Shown: in pieces, positions 15,701 to 27,090 of the stretch
Layout of the letters: the number at the start of each line of letters is the position of its first letter
Numbering within the stretch: position 1 is the stretch's first letter
NCBI RefSeq assembly: GCF_016433145.1
Contig: NC_058133.1
Coordinates: 256,082,801-256,146,800, forward strand
DNA length: 64,000 nucleotides
From: Gracilinanus agilis
Taxonomy: Eukaryota
Direction of reading: 5' to 3'
Program-made: the position numbers and the translations under genes
The notes under the pieces: model-generated
Told to the model about the DNA's origin: nothing
Database searches by the model: none
The model's input: the letters and a program-made list of their open reading frames with translations, nothing else

Positions 15701-18700
15701 TAGAGGCGGGGCCTCTTCACTAGACCAAGCAAGGGTGCTCTGGGAAGAGGGGATGGGGTTTCCAATCCCTTGGAGTGGCCTGGATTAACTGGGCTGAGAT
15801 TTATATCTGGGTAATGGGGAAGATGAATTCGTTAGAATTAATTGGAGGTCAGTGTTAGGGAAAGCAATAGGGTAGGAAAGACATGGGGCTGGAGTCTCTC
15901 TTTGAGTCACTATGCTGGGTGGGAGTGGGAGATGAAGAAAGGAAGGGACACGGGGCGCAAGAGGGCTAAGGAGCCAGATGTCCAAGAAAGCTGCTTCCTC
16001 CCTTCCCCCCACTTCTCCTATACCCTGCTTCCTTCTTCTCTCACCACATCCTGAGTAGAGCAGAGCTGGGCCTGGGCATGTAGCCCAGCCCCCCACCTCC
16101 ATACACCCCCACCACATTGGGCCCCACTAGACTTCCGGTTCCCGCCCTGGCCTTCCTGTTTGGCTGATATGTTCACTGCTTCTCTGCACCAGGACCTAGA
16201 CATATGTCCCCTGCTATTTCCATCAGCGGGTCCTCCCCACCCCCATCCATTTGCTAGTTCCCCTCAGGGACCCAGGCTCTACTGTTCCAACCAGTTGTGG
16301 AAATCTAGAAAGAAAATTAGATTTGGACATATAAAACCTGAGTTCTAGTCCTGGGTCTGCCGTTAATTCTCTGACCTTGGGCAAATGAACCTCAGTTTAC
16401 TTATTTTGCAATTAATTAAGTTAATTCATGTAATTAATTTACAACTGGTCCATCTACCTCCTGTGATTGCTGGGAGGGGAAAAGCTCTGTGGATTGTAAA
16501 GCTCTATATAAAATGTTAGTTTTCCCAAACACCCTTCCTCTAAGCTGGAACACTGTTAACTGCAATAGGATAAAGGACTTCAGTAAAGAACCATCCCAAT
16601 CAGAAAGCGAGACACTCGTTATAGTGGAACCTCTCAGTCCATTCTCCTTAGTCCTTAGTCACTTAGGACAGTTCCTAGAACTGTCCCTTCTTCTTCTCCA
16701 CTGTTACCATTCCTCGTCTAGACTCCAATTCCCTACTTTTTCCTCCACCCTCAACTTTTCCCTGAAAACTTTATATGGAGTTATTTCTTCCACTAAGCAA
16801 AGCATTTCCTCCCCTCCCCGGATCCAAAGAGTTTATCTCCCTCAACCTCCAGAAACAGGACCCCCATAATCAGGAGCTGAAATTGGACTTCCTAAAGGGT
16901 CAATGCTTTCAGAGGTGGGTTCAGCTACAGAAAAAGATGATCCATGGGGGTGAAGTGGTCCTGAAATGGAACCCAATGAAATGATCTTCCTGTTTCCAAA
17001 GGGACATTTCCCATTGCCACTGAGATTGTTTTCCTATTTAAGTAATTATGTAACCTTAAAAAAGTCACTTAACCTCTTTAAATTTCAAATTTAAATCTTT
17101 AAATCTGTTAAATGGGACCAATTCTTTACTGCCTCAATGTTATATAGAAAGGAATTTATAAATCTTAAAGCAACATAAAAATGTGAGATTATTATAATAA
17201 GAAAAGGCAAGCTTAGAGCAAGAGAGATTAAGATTCTAAGGAAGAACTTCTATAAACTGTTTCAGGAATCAGAACACTGGTGGAAATTGCTGATACTAGA
17301 ACAATTCTTATCCTGGAGATATTCAGTTGTATCATCTATGAGAGTAGTTTTCTAAAATGCCTTTCAGCCTCTAACATCCTATGATTCTGATTGTCTTTCA
17401 GGACAGATGTTGGTTGGTCTTGGCTGAGGGAGGCACCTTCCATGGGATGGGGGTGGAGATCAGAGAAAGGTTAAAATGGCAGGATGACCCTTACCAAGAA
17501 GGGAAAAGATGCCTTAGCTGCCTACACTTCCCCCACACCCACCTCGACCCAGTTTTTTCACCCTCTGAAACTTCTTACTGAAGTTTTAACCTCCCTTCTG
17601 CTGGAGTCAGGCTATTTTTACCTTCCACACTAGGGCATGCCCCTCAGTGAAAGAGGGTGGGAAAGGGAGGGCAGGGCTCTCAAAACTTTCTGGTGAGGAC
17701 TATAGCATCCTCTGACCAGCCTCCACTTCCTGGCCCCAGCCTCAGCCTTCTCAGCTGCACTCTTTGGCTTACTTCTGACATTTTCCACCCTAGAGGGAGA
17801 GAGAGGCCAGAGTGGAAAGCCACAGAGGGGAAAACCATTACTGAGCCAGATCTGGGGAGAAAGGGAAACCCCAGGGAAGGAGGGAGGGGAGAGTAAGAGG
17901 AGTATTTTGGAGAAGGCTCTTCTTGTGCTCAAGAGAAAAGAGAACTACTGTCTGTGGTTGGACACAGCTGGCATGTACAGCCCCAGGGTCATCAGCTTCA
18001 AGCAGCCACTGTGTCTCCATCTCACCTCGGGGCAGATTTAGGGTTCAAGGGCCTTCTCTGAAACATTCTGTTTTTTCTGCTTTCACTGTTCTCATTCTCC
18101 TCTGCAGCACTGGCTTTCACTCCCACCCTAAACAATCCATTTTCCTCTTCTCTCCAGCAATAAGAAAATCTCATTCCAAACTCTCATTACTCTCCCTTCT
18201 CCTCTTAGAGTACAGATTTCCCATTCCTGGGAAAACTAGCCCCAAACTTTTCTTTATCACATTCTTTCCCTAACATGCAAGCTTCTCTCACTATTTCCCT
18301 TCTGGATTAAAGGTTGAATTCAGCCCACCTTTTCCTGTCTAGTTGGGTCAGCAGTTCCTCTCTTCCCCTAGGGTGGGGAGAAATAATGCCCATATACACT
18401 CTACCGAAACAAGGGAAAAGAAGCCAGGAAGAATTCAGTGCCTAAGGGAAGGGAGAGAGAATGAGACACACCCAGAGACAGAGACTGACAAATAGAGACA
18501 CCAGGAAAGGTGAGCTGTCTCCCTAGGAAAGATGACTAGAAAGAGGAGAATTAAAAAGGAAGTGGGGTGAGACAGTGAAATGTGAGGAGAGAGGATATAG
18601 AGGGAAAGACACAAAGTTAGAGACCCAAAGAGAATTGGTGAATGAGAGCTCAAAGGGGCCAGGCTAGACTTCCCTACCTGTTTGTGGTGTCTCTCAGGGG

Positions 18701-20324
18701 ACCCCTTGGCAAGGCAGCTTCGGCTAAGACGGAGGTAGCCCCCAAGCACCAGTATCTCCTCAGCAGTGGGGTACCGCTTCTTCCCAGGTCCAGGGACCTG
18801 GGGTTCAGGTGGAGCAGAGGCTGCAGAGGCCCCAGACCGCCTGGGGTTAACTGTGAAGGTGTGTCCACTGCGTCGGGGCCCCCCTACCCCAGGCCCAGGT
18901 TTCACCCCATAGAACAGGCGACTCATCAGCGGGTCCCCTGGGGGTTGAGGAGTTGGTGGGGCAGGGGGTTGGGGAGATACCGAGGCTTTTAGTAAGGGCT
19001 GAGGTTCTGTTGCTTCCTCTTCCTGAGGCCCTGAGCCTTTGGTCCCAACTTCCTCGGGTGGGAGGGGGGAGGTCCCCAAGTAGTGGCTTCTAAGGGAGCT
19101 CACCATCCTGCCTTCATCCCCAGCTTCCTCTTCAGCAGCCCCTGTTCTCCCTTCTCCAGCCTCTACCCCAGGCAATCCCAACTTCTGATCTCCAAAGTCT
19201 GAATGCACTGACTTGTGTTCTCTAGCCTCTGATCTTGCAGGGCTCCATTCTCGAGCTTTCCCAGAATTCAGTCTCCATTTCCGTACTTCCATCTGTCTAG
19301 AACTCTTCCCTACATCTTCTCCTAGGTTCAATCTCATTTCTACTGCCTCCATTACCCCTGGGCTCTGTTCTCGAAATTCCCCAGGACTTAGCCTACATCT
19401 TTGTGTCTCCAAAAGTCCTGAGTCCCTGGATTTCCTCTGCATTAGTCTCTGTTCTGTCCCTGATTCCCCTGAGCTCCTTTTACTTTCTTCTCCTGCAGTC
19501 AACCTCCATTCTCGAGCTTCTAATAGCTCTCGATTCTGTTCATGGGTTTCTCTGGAATTCATCCTCCATTTATGTGTTTCTGTCATCCCTAGCCTCTGTT
19601 CTCCGTTATCTCCTGGGCTCAGACTACATTCTCCCATTTCAGATCCCTGAGAAGTTTGTTCTTGAGGTTCTGCAGGACTCAAATTTCGTTCTGGAGTTTC
19701 CCCAGAGCTTTTCTTCCATTTCCATGATTCTGAGAGTCCTGAGCTCCTCTCCTCAGTTTCCCTTGGGCTTAACCTCCATTCCAAAGCCTCTGCAGGCCTA
19801 TAGCTCTGTTCTAGATTGTCTGCTACACCCAGTCTCCTGTCTCTAGCCTCTCCCAGGCTCAGCTTCTGCTCTCTTGATGCTCTTCCCACTGGATTCTGTT
19901 CCTGAGCTTCTGCTGGGCTGGGTCTCTGCCCTGGGGTTTCCACTATCCCTGAAATAGATCCTCGACCCTCAGGTGGCCTCCGATCAGGGAGCTGCTCCTC
20001 GGTACCCTGCTGCTGCTGTTGCTGCTGCTGTTGCTGTTTCCGCTCTTGTCGGATGAAGCGATTTTGGTGGACAGGTCCGATGGCCTCCAGAAGGACAACA
20101 GGCTCATCAGGTTCAGGAGGTGCTGCATCTGTAGCCTCATTCCCAGGACCTGGTTCCCCCACTGGTACACCTAGCTTGGCACGGCGTCTCTCCAACAGCC
20201 CCCGTTTCCAGGCTGGCATCTGGGCCAGTCGGTCCCTCTCAGCCTGCTCCCGGCCTCGAACAGCAGCCTCCTCCTGTCTTCGCCTGGCTAGTAGTTGTAG
20301 CTTCCAGTCTGGGACAGTAGCCAT
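12744..20324 (-). CDS. PPP1R18: Protein phosphatase 1 regulatory subunit 18 (phostensin, KIAA1949), ~625 aa
   Basis: Coding exons: 18678-20324 (acceptor AG at 20346-47), 13513-13723, 12744-12763. MATVPDWKLQLLARRRQEE start, MSRLFYGVK, KKRYPTAEEILVLGGYLRLSRSCL, PP1-docking KISF at start of exon 13723, end DESCRR*. Confidence 0.96.
14010..14400 (+). mobile_element. MIR/MAR1-type SINE split by a hAT MITE
   Basis: ccagtgtggtatggtg...ctgcataaacttgggcaagttgc...aaaatgaaggggttggactaga|MITE|tgattcttgaggtcccttctag. Confidence 0.7.
14156..14362 (+). mobile_element. Non-autonomous hAT/Charlie-type DNA transposon (MITE, 207 bp), family 1 copy 1
   Basis: TIRs TAGGGGTCAGCAAC...TTGCTGACCCCTG; 8-bp TSD gactagac (14148-55) / gactagat (14363-70); near-identical copy at 51289-51498. 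Confidence 0.92.
20007..20036 (-). repeat. CAG/CAA tract encoding Q10 in PPP1R18
   Basis: Minus-strand codons CAG CAA CAG CAG CAG CAA CAG CAG CAG CAG (aa 97-106). Confidence 0.95.
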
Positions 20325-20949
20325 GGTCCCAGTAGGGCAAGAGAACTAGAGGGGAGGAGATGGAGCAGTAAGGGAGTGTTGTCAAAGAGATGAAAGAAGA
20401 AAGTGGGAAAGAGTTGGAGAATGAGAGTCTTGGTGGGGAAGAGAGGGGGAGAGGAAGTATTGTATAGAAACTGGTGTGAGAATACAAGGAAGAATAAAGG
20501 GGAATCCCCTAGGAGGAGGGAAAGATGGGGAGACTAGGAAAGGGGACAGAACTGATAGAAAAGAACGAAGAGAAAGGGAGAAACTGGAGGAACGATTAAG
20601 GAACTGAACATAAGAAATATGGGGGAGAGAAGAGACAGATATCTAGGGGAAGGGAAGAATGCTGGGAGAAAGAAAGAAAATGTCAAGATAGAGTATTGGG
20701 GTAGGGTGGGGGGATGACAGAATACTTTAGATGAGAGAAGAGAAAAAAGATGAGAAAAAACAGTTTGGAGAAGAACCAGGGGAAGAAACCAAGTGTCGTG
20801 GCTAAAGGGGGAGATATAGAGATTAGGGGAGTTCCTGGAGTGTGGGATGAAAAAGCAGGACCATAGTGTTGGGGGGAAGGGGTGAACCGGGAAGAGGGGA
20901 GAAGTAAGGGTGTATCAAGGGGGTAGGGGAAAGGGTGAGAAGGGGATAA

Positions 20950-22250
20950 GGAGAGAGGGGAGGAGGGAACTGTGCAGCAGACCTGCCAGTCACAGCGTGG
21001 CCCCTAGCGGACTCTCGTTTCCCCTCCAACCTCTCACCAGCCACGCCCCTCCTGTCCCGGGCCACCCCCACCACCGGGCCCACGCACTCCGCCTCTCGGG
21101 GCGGGTCTGGGGAAAGACAGCACCCGGGGACTTTCGGAAACCAGCGGCACCTAAGCTTTTCTCAGAACCCAAACGTCCAACTCCTCCCCGTTCTCCTGTC
21201 ACCCTCATCCCAGCCCTGGGACCCAGATGTCCAGCTCTGCTCACCAGGCCTCTTCACCTTGATTAGGAACCTAGGTATCCCCTTTACTCCTCACCCTCAG
21301 ACCGATCATCACTCTGACCCAAGACCAGAGGCGTTGCAGTCCCTAACCATTCTCGCACCCTATCCCTACGGCCAATCCCTAGACAAAGAAAATCGCCCGG
21401 TTCGGAGAAAGAGTGGAGAAAGAGTGGCGGTAGGAGGTGGTGCGATAGCGGACACCTCGGCTCTTTCCAAGTCTGAACGCCCCCCGCCCCCAACTCACGT
21501 ACGGCAGGGTCCCCGGGGGGAGGGAGGGGGTGCGAGATCGAGAAGGCGTCTGGAGAGGGAAAGAAGGAAGAGGAAGAGAGGAATTGAGGGAGAGTAGGAG
21601 ATGGGAGGGAAGGAGGAGAGAGGAGGAGAGATAGACCCAAACCGAGGGGGGCCGGCTTGGGGGCGGCGACCGCTTTGTCTGAGGACAATGGGGAGAGAGA
21701 AGGGGGCGAGAGGCGGAGCCCCCTGCGGGGGGCGGGGCCTCCCGCCCTCGGACCCCTAGTTGGTTCTTCTGCGAAGCACTCTCAGACCCCTAGTTCCTAG
21801 CTCCCCGCTCCCATTCCTGAAATCCAAAAATCCTGGTCTTCAACCTCCAGCTTCCTCACCGTGCTTCGGCCGTTCTGCCTTTCGGAACCCAGGTGTCCTC
21901 TCCACCCAACTTCTCCAGTGACTGTTATCCCCCCCCCCCACCCAATCTTTCCGCCCTCCTCTTCCCCCCTCCCAAAGCCCGGGTCCTGGGCGGTGGCCCG
22001 TGACTCAGGCCCCTGGGGGGGACCCAGGGAGGAAGCTGCAGCTGCTGAGAGCCGTCCCGCCCTTCCCATCTCCTGCCCCTCCTCCCTTCACAACTCCCAG
22101 GGCTTTATTATTGTAGGGTCGCTGGTCTTTAAGGCGAGGCAGGGAGGATAAGAATTGAATGTGGTTGTGGGCGTCCGAGGTTCGCCAGTCGGCCGTGGAG
22201 GCGGAGACTAGCTCCTGGATGCTTGGCTTTGATTTGGTTAGGGACCTTTC
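20950..22250 (-). promoter_or_regulatory. PPP1R18 CpG-rich promoter / non-coding first exon region
   Basis: High GC/CpG, GC boxes (gggcgagaggcggagc, ggggcggggc near 21700-21740), candidate minus-strand donors near 21255 and 21858. Confidence 0.6.
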
Positions 22251-22647
22251 AACTCAGCAGCCCACCTGACCCTGAGGTCATTTAGGTGTCTGCAGGCCGG
22301 GCTGCTCGTGGAGGAAATAACTATGTCTCCTTCCTAAAAAAAAGAGGGAGTCTGGGGCATCCTCAAAAAGTAGAGGACAGGACCTTGGAGAATGACCGCA
22401 GCCCAGCGGCCACTGGAGGGAACAGTAGCTGAAGTTACTGCATTAGCTTTCTTTCCACCCTTCATCCCCACCCCTTACTTTGTGGCTCCTGAGACAGTTG
22501 GCCTTCTGTCTACCACTCCCTTCTTCCCACTCCCTATTTCTGTTCTCCCTTCCATTCTCTAAGAATCCAGGCTATAACTAACTCTCAGTATGGGAGAAAC
22601 ACGTGTGGCCATAAAGGGGCATGTGAATAAAAGACATTGTGGTTGGA

Positions 22648-22653
22648 TTTATT
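22648..22653 (-). terminator. NRM polyadenylation signal AATAAA
   Basis: tttatt on plus about 0.82 kb downstream of the NRM stop. Confidence 0.55.
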
Positions 22654-23471
22654 TACCAGCTTCTTACATTTTATCTGGGAAACATGAAATCACTGGGGGT
22701 GGGGAGCAGAGAAGTCCCTGCCCCATCCTCCCAACATTTGATGTGAAGGCATGGAGAGTCTAACTGATGAGGGACTCTTGAAAGAACCTCAAAGATCCTG
22801 AGGAAAAGGCTGGAAGATGAGAAACAGGGAGCTAAGGAAAGGAACTTCAAACTAGAGGCTAGAAAACACTTCAGGTCTATTCTAACACGGGTAGTTAAAG
22901 ATATCAAGGAAAAGGAGAGGTCCCTGAGTATAGGGTTGGGAATCAGTGGTAGAGGGCTAGCCAGGGACAACTTCTTACCCTAGAATTTGGAGGGGAAAAT
23001 AGAGACCTCTTGTTTGAGACACAACCAATGTGTTCCCCAAGGGTCTCATTCCTCTCTCTGGATTGAACTGAGCAGTCCTTAAGTTAGAGGAGTGGGATCC
23101 TAGATTAAGAGATACCAAATCTTAAAACTGAGTGTGGGTTCCAAGCCAGGAATTTACATTCCAATAACCTGAGAACCATTCCTAAAGTCCAAAGGGAAGG
23201 AAGCTTGGAATTCAGAAGAGACAGAGTTGGGGAGTTGGGAAGAAGCATCTAGGATCCAGAAGGATGTCACCTCAAGCTTCATGGGATGGTGTCTCTAGTT
23301 GGAATAGGTATGGAAATCTCAAGTTCAGGAATGGAACTTGGAATCCAGAAGATAGGTTCTCTAGGATAGCTCCTGGATTTCAGGGAACAAAACTTGGAAT
23401 CTAGGGACAGAAGGAGTGCATACTGGGCTTTGGAGCCTAGGGACGATAGTTTTACCCTAGGGGGTTAGATT

Positions 23472-26213
23472 TCACTCAGCATCTCCATCATTGGGCCCAG
23501 CAAGTAACTGAAGCTTTCTTTGAAGCTGGGCACGGAGATAGCGCAAGTCTTGCTGGTCTAGCCCATGTGCCAGGCCCAGGTAGAGCGTGAGCAGGACAGC
23601 CAGAAGAATTCTGTCGAGGCCCAGGCTAGGCACAGCCCATAGCACTGTCAGGAGTTCCACACACACTGGATGTCTCAAGTGCTCAAAGAGTCTCAGTGCC
23701 CGAGGGGACTTCAGAGCCAATGGCTCCCCTAGCCCCAGCACATGGTAATATACCTGTGGAAGAGGGATGGAAGAACCTTAGATCTGAAATTGAGTCATCA
23801 TATCCTTTTACCTTTAATTCTATTCCCTCCCCCAATTCTCCACAAAAGAAAAGCTCTTGTCTTTCAGGGTTACCTCTTCCACATCTCCAAGGATATAAAT
23901 TTAATCCTCCCCCAATCCCTGGGACTAAAGTCTCCCCTCTGAGCCTCACTCTTGGCTCTTGCCTCTCCCACAGGTCCTGAAAGCCACCACCATTAATGGA
24001 CTTCAGAAGAGGGCTGTTGGAACATTGTCTCATTGGGAGAAGGAAAAGATGGGTAGCTAGTAGACTGGGGTTATGGTGAAACAAAAGCCTCCTGGGGACT
24101 AGTTGGGACATGGAGAGATAGATGTTGACTCAAGTCTTGGAAGAGGTAAGAAATAGAATCCAAAGGCTAGAGGCCCAAGGATTGGAAATATTACCTGTTT
24201 GAGGCCCATGAGCTCAGGATAGTCAAAAACCAAGAGAATACTAAAGATGAGAAGCCAAGCAATGATGTGCACCACAAAACAGAGAAGGGGTATCCATGTC
24301 ACCCAAGGTTCTGACTGTGCTTCCCATAGGACTGGACCCTCTGGCACTGGCTCCCAATAACGCATCACTACCTGGGAGGGACAGATGGGGAGATGGTTAG
24401 ACTCTCCCTTAAAGATCCATTCATCCAATATCCAACTAACTCTCAACCCCATGCACACCCACACAAATACAAACACCTCCAGCCCTGAAAACCTTTATTC
24501 ACTCCTAGTAATTCATGCAGGTACTCTCAGACTCTGGGGTTTAGAAACCCCTATCAACAATCAAAATGTATTTTGAATGTCCACTGGTAGTATTGCACTA
24601 GTAGGTAATACTACAAAGAAGTAGGAGACTACATTTTATTGTATTGGAAGTAATATGGGGGGTGGGGGTGGGGGGGTGGGGGAGGAGGAATTTGTGCAAA
24701 AGTCCAGAGTTGGAAAAGAGAAAGAGAGAGAGTATATATAAAGGTCAGGTTTGAGTGAATAAAAGAAAGCAATGTAAAATAAATGTTGGAAAGGTAAGTT
24801 GGAGCCAGAATGAAAGGAGCTCTAAATGCCAAACAGGGAAGTTTATATTGGATTCTAGAGGTAGTAGGGAAACACTGTTATTTATTGAGTGGGACAGTGA
24901 CATGGCCAGTCCCGTGCTTCAGGAATAGCACAGTCTAGAAGCACATAGCAGATACTCAATAAATATATGATGAATTTATGAGAAGTGTGATCAAGACCCC
25001 AAAGGAACTTAGTCTTAATAGAAGAACAAATATGTTTCTACAGAGATTGCTAATAAAGTAACATATAATTGTCAGGCATACAATATGACACAAAAGTTCA
25101 AAAGAGGGAATGGATAAAAACTAAAACTATGGCCATGAGTAAAGGCTTCTTGGTGGACTTGCAGGATGAAGAGTGAGTCTTAAGAGTATGTGCTGGTGTT
25201 GGAAAAGAGGGAGGTAGGAATTCCAAGGAGGGGTGGATGGGGAGTGAAGAGAAGAGAGAATGTGTGGGAAACAATGAGTCTAGTCTGTCTACAGGAGAGG
25301 ATTCATGCAACAGAGAAATAGTGGGAGATAAGGCTAAAGAGTTCCTTGAGTAGAATGTACAGTTTCGAATGCTCCCAGCACATTCTCCCCCAATTCTCAG
25401 TTTACTAAGGAACCCAGGCACTATATCCTCATCCCCAGGCTTTCCTTTCCCTGGCCCCTACTTCTCCTGGGGACCTAGATGTCTAGCCCCCATACCTGCA
25501 GGGCCAGGGCAGTGCAGGCCACGTAGAGTGACCTCTGCAGGACCCCAAAGTGCTGGGTCATCCATGTCTTCACAGGCTCAGCTGCCATAAGACTGTGCTG
25601 CCCCACGAATAGCAGCAGCAGCCCCAGGTCCCGAGCTAGAGCTGCCAAGATGCCAGGGTCCTGCAGGGCAGTCAACCATTCCTGTCGAGTATCTTAGGAT
25701 GGGGAAGACAGAAGGTGAAGGACAGGGAAAGATCAGTTACCCTAAACATCTCCTATGAATCACAGGTCACATCCCTTTGGAAGCTGACCAGATTCCCCCA
25801 ATTCCTGATGCCTCTCAGGAAATCTGCCTTGGCCTTGCCCCTCTCATTCTCTATTCACCATCCAGGGCTTTATTTCTCATCTCCATTCCTGTGGAACCAG
25901 GGATAGAAAAGGAACTTCAAGTGATGCTGGGTGGACCTTCTGGAAAGAAGTTTTGGGAGAAGAGGATTTGGGGTTTCTGACAAGTCTTTTAGATTAAGAA
26001 GAGTTTGTTAGGGCTCTGAGATTAGAAAGTCCCCAACTCAAATCTATTCACTTATGCTCTACCTATGGGGAAAAGTCTGACTTAGGAGAAGAGTTCAAAT
26101 CCTACCTGCTTCACTAGCTTTGTGACCATGCAGGGGGCAAGCCATTGAGCCTTCTATCTCACAGATCAAATTAGTTTCTAACAAGTTAGAAAGTTCTAGA
26201 CAAATGTCAATTA

Positions 26214-26247
<34 letters not shown>

Positions 26248-26640
26248 CATTCCCTTAATGACTTTTCTCTACTTCTCCTCACTCCCAAGTATTCTTCCTC
26301 ATGGCAGTTTCCACCCATTTGTCTCCCCCTTCCAGGAAAACGGGCCAAAACTGACCTTTCCGATTCCTCTTATGAATTTTCTACTCACCTTCCCTCCCTC
26401 CTCGTACACTTCCTTCTTTTCCCTTCAGTTACTTGGGCCTCATCTGTCAGCTCCACCCCCTCTTCTTCCACCACACCCTCCTCTGAGGTTCTCTTTCCAC
26501 AGCCACTTACCTGGACCCAACTTCTGGGCACCCCCGAGCAGTGGTTGCAAAGATGTGAAGCAAACAAATTCGACTCCAGTGCCGAATGCCAGAATGAAGG
26601 AGGCTAAGGCGGCAGGGACCAGGAGCAGCGCAGGGGCCAT
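23472..26640 (-). CDS. NRM: Nurim, inner nuclear membrane protein, ~261 aa
   Basis: Coding exons 26511-26640, 25496-25692, 24195-24371, 23472-23753; GT-AG and in frame. [70 protein letters not shown] match nurim. Confidence 0.97.
24657..24682 (+). other. Potential G-quadruplex (G6TG5TG7TG5) in NRM intron 2
   Basis: Four G-runs of 5-7 nt with 1-nt loops. Confidence 0.6.
26216..26246. repeat. (AC)n microsatellite in NRM intron 1
   Basis: acacacac... ~15 units. Confidence 0.95.
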
Positions 26641-27033
26641 GGCAAGGGGTACCGGACTGGGGACAGGGGAGGAGCCCTGGGATTCCCGCTACACTGTCCC
26701 CGCCTCCAGCCACACCCCCGCCTGCAGACAATGTTCATTCAAGTTGTTTCCAAGTGCTCTGGGAAAAAAGCCAGTAGGCAGAAGACCCAGGATAAGAAGG
26801 GTTAAGGAGGTGAGGGAGCTTCCCCCGCAGTAGCATTTTTTTAACTCCCACCCAACGGTGCTTCAGTTAGGTACCCCAAATGCCCTCCATCTTCTCTGGC
26901 GTGGCCAAGATCTTCAGGTCTTCTGAGAAGTTCTCCCCAAGATTCCTCTAGGCCCCGGGCCACCCTCCAACCCCTGCCTCCCTCAAATGCATCATTTCCA
27001 GGCTTAAGTGAAACACATTTCTTTTCTAAATAG

Positions 27034-27039
27034 TTTATT
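27034..27039 (-). terminator. MDC1 polyadenylation signal AATAAA
   Basis: tttatt on plus ~50 nt downstream of TAA at 27091-27093. Confidence 0.65.
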
Positions 27040-27090
27040 TTATGGTCAGTGTATCAAACAGTGAGGGGTGGGGGAAGAGGAGGAAGGGCA

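Noticed and set aside
18435-18677. C-terminal 80 aa of the 629-aa ORF (VGKSSLAPL...)
   Set aside because: Intronic read-through past the GT donor at 18676-77; the true protein continues in exon 13513-13723
22268-22285. tgaccctgaggtca everted nuclear-receptor half-site pair between PPP1R18 and NRM
   Set aside because: A single short motif is expected by chance in 64 kb; no supporting context
26545-26565. [13 protein letters not shown] versus recalled human VEFVRFTSLR (two Arg losses)
   Set aside because: Single substitutions; significance cannot be judged without an alignment
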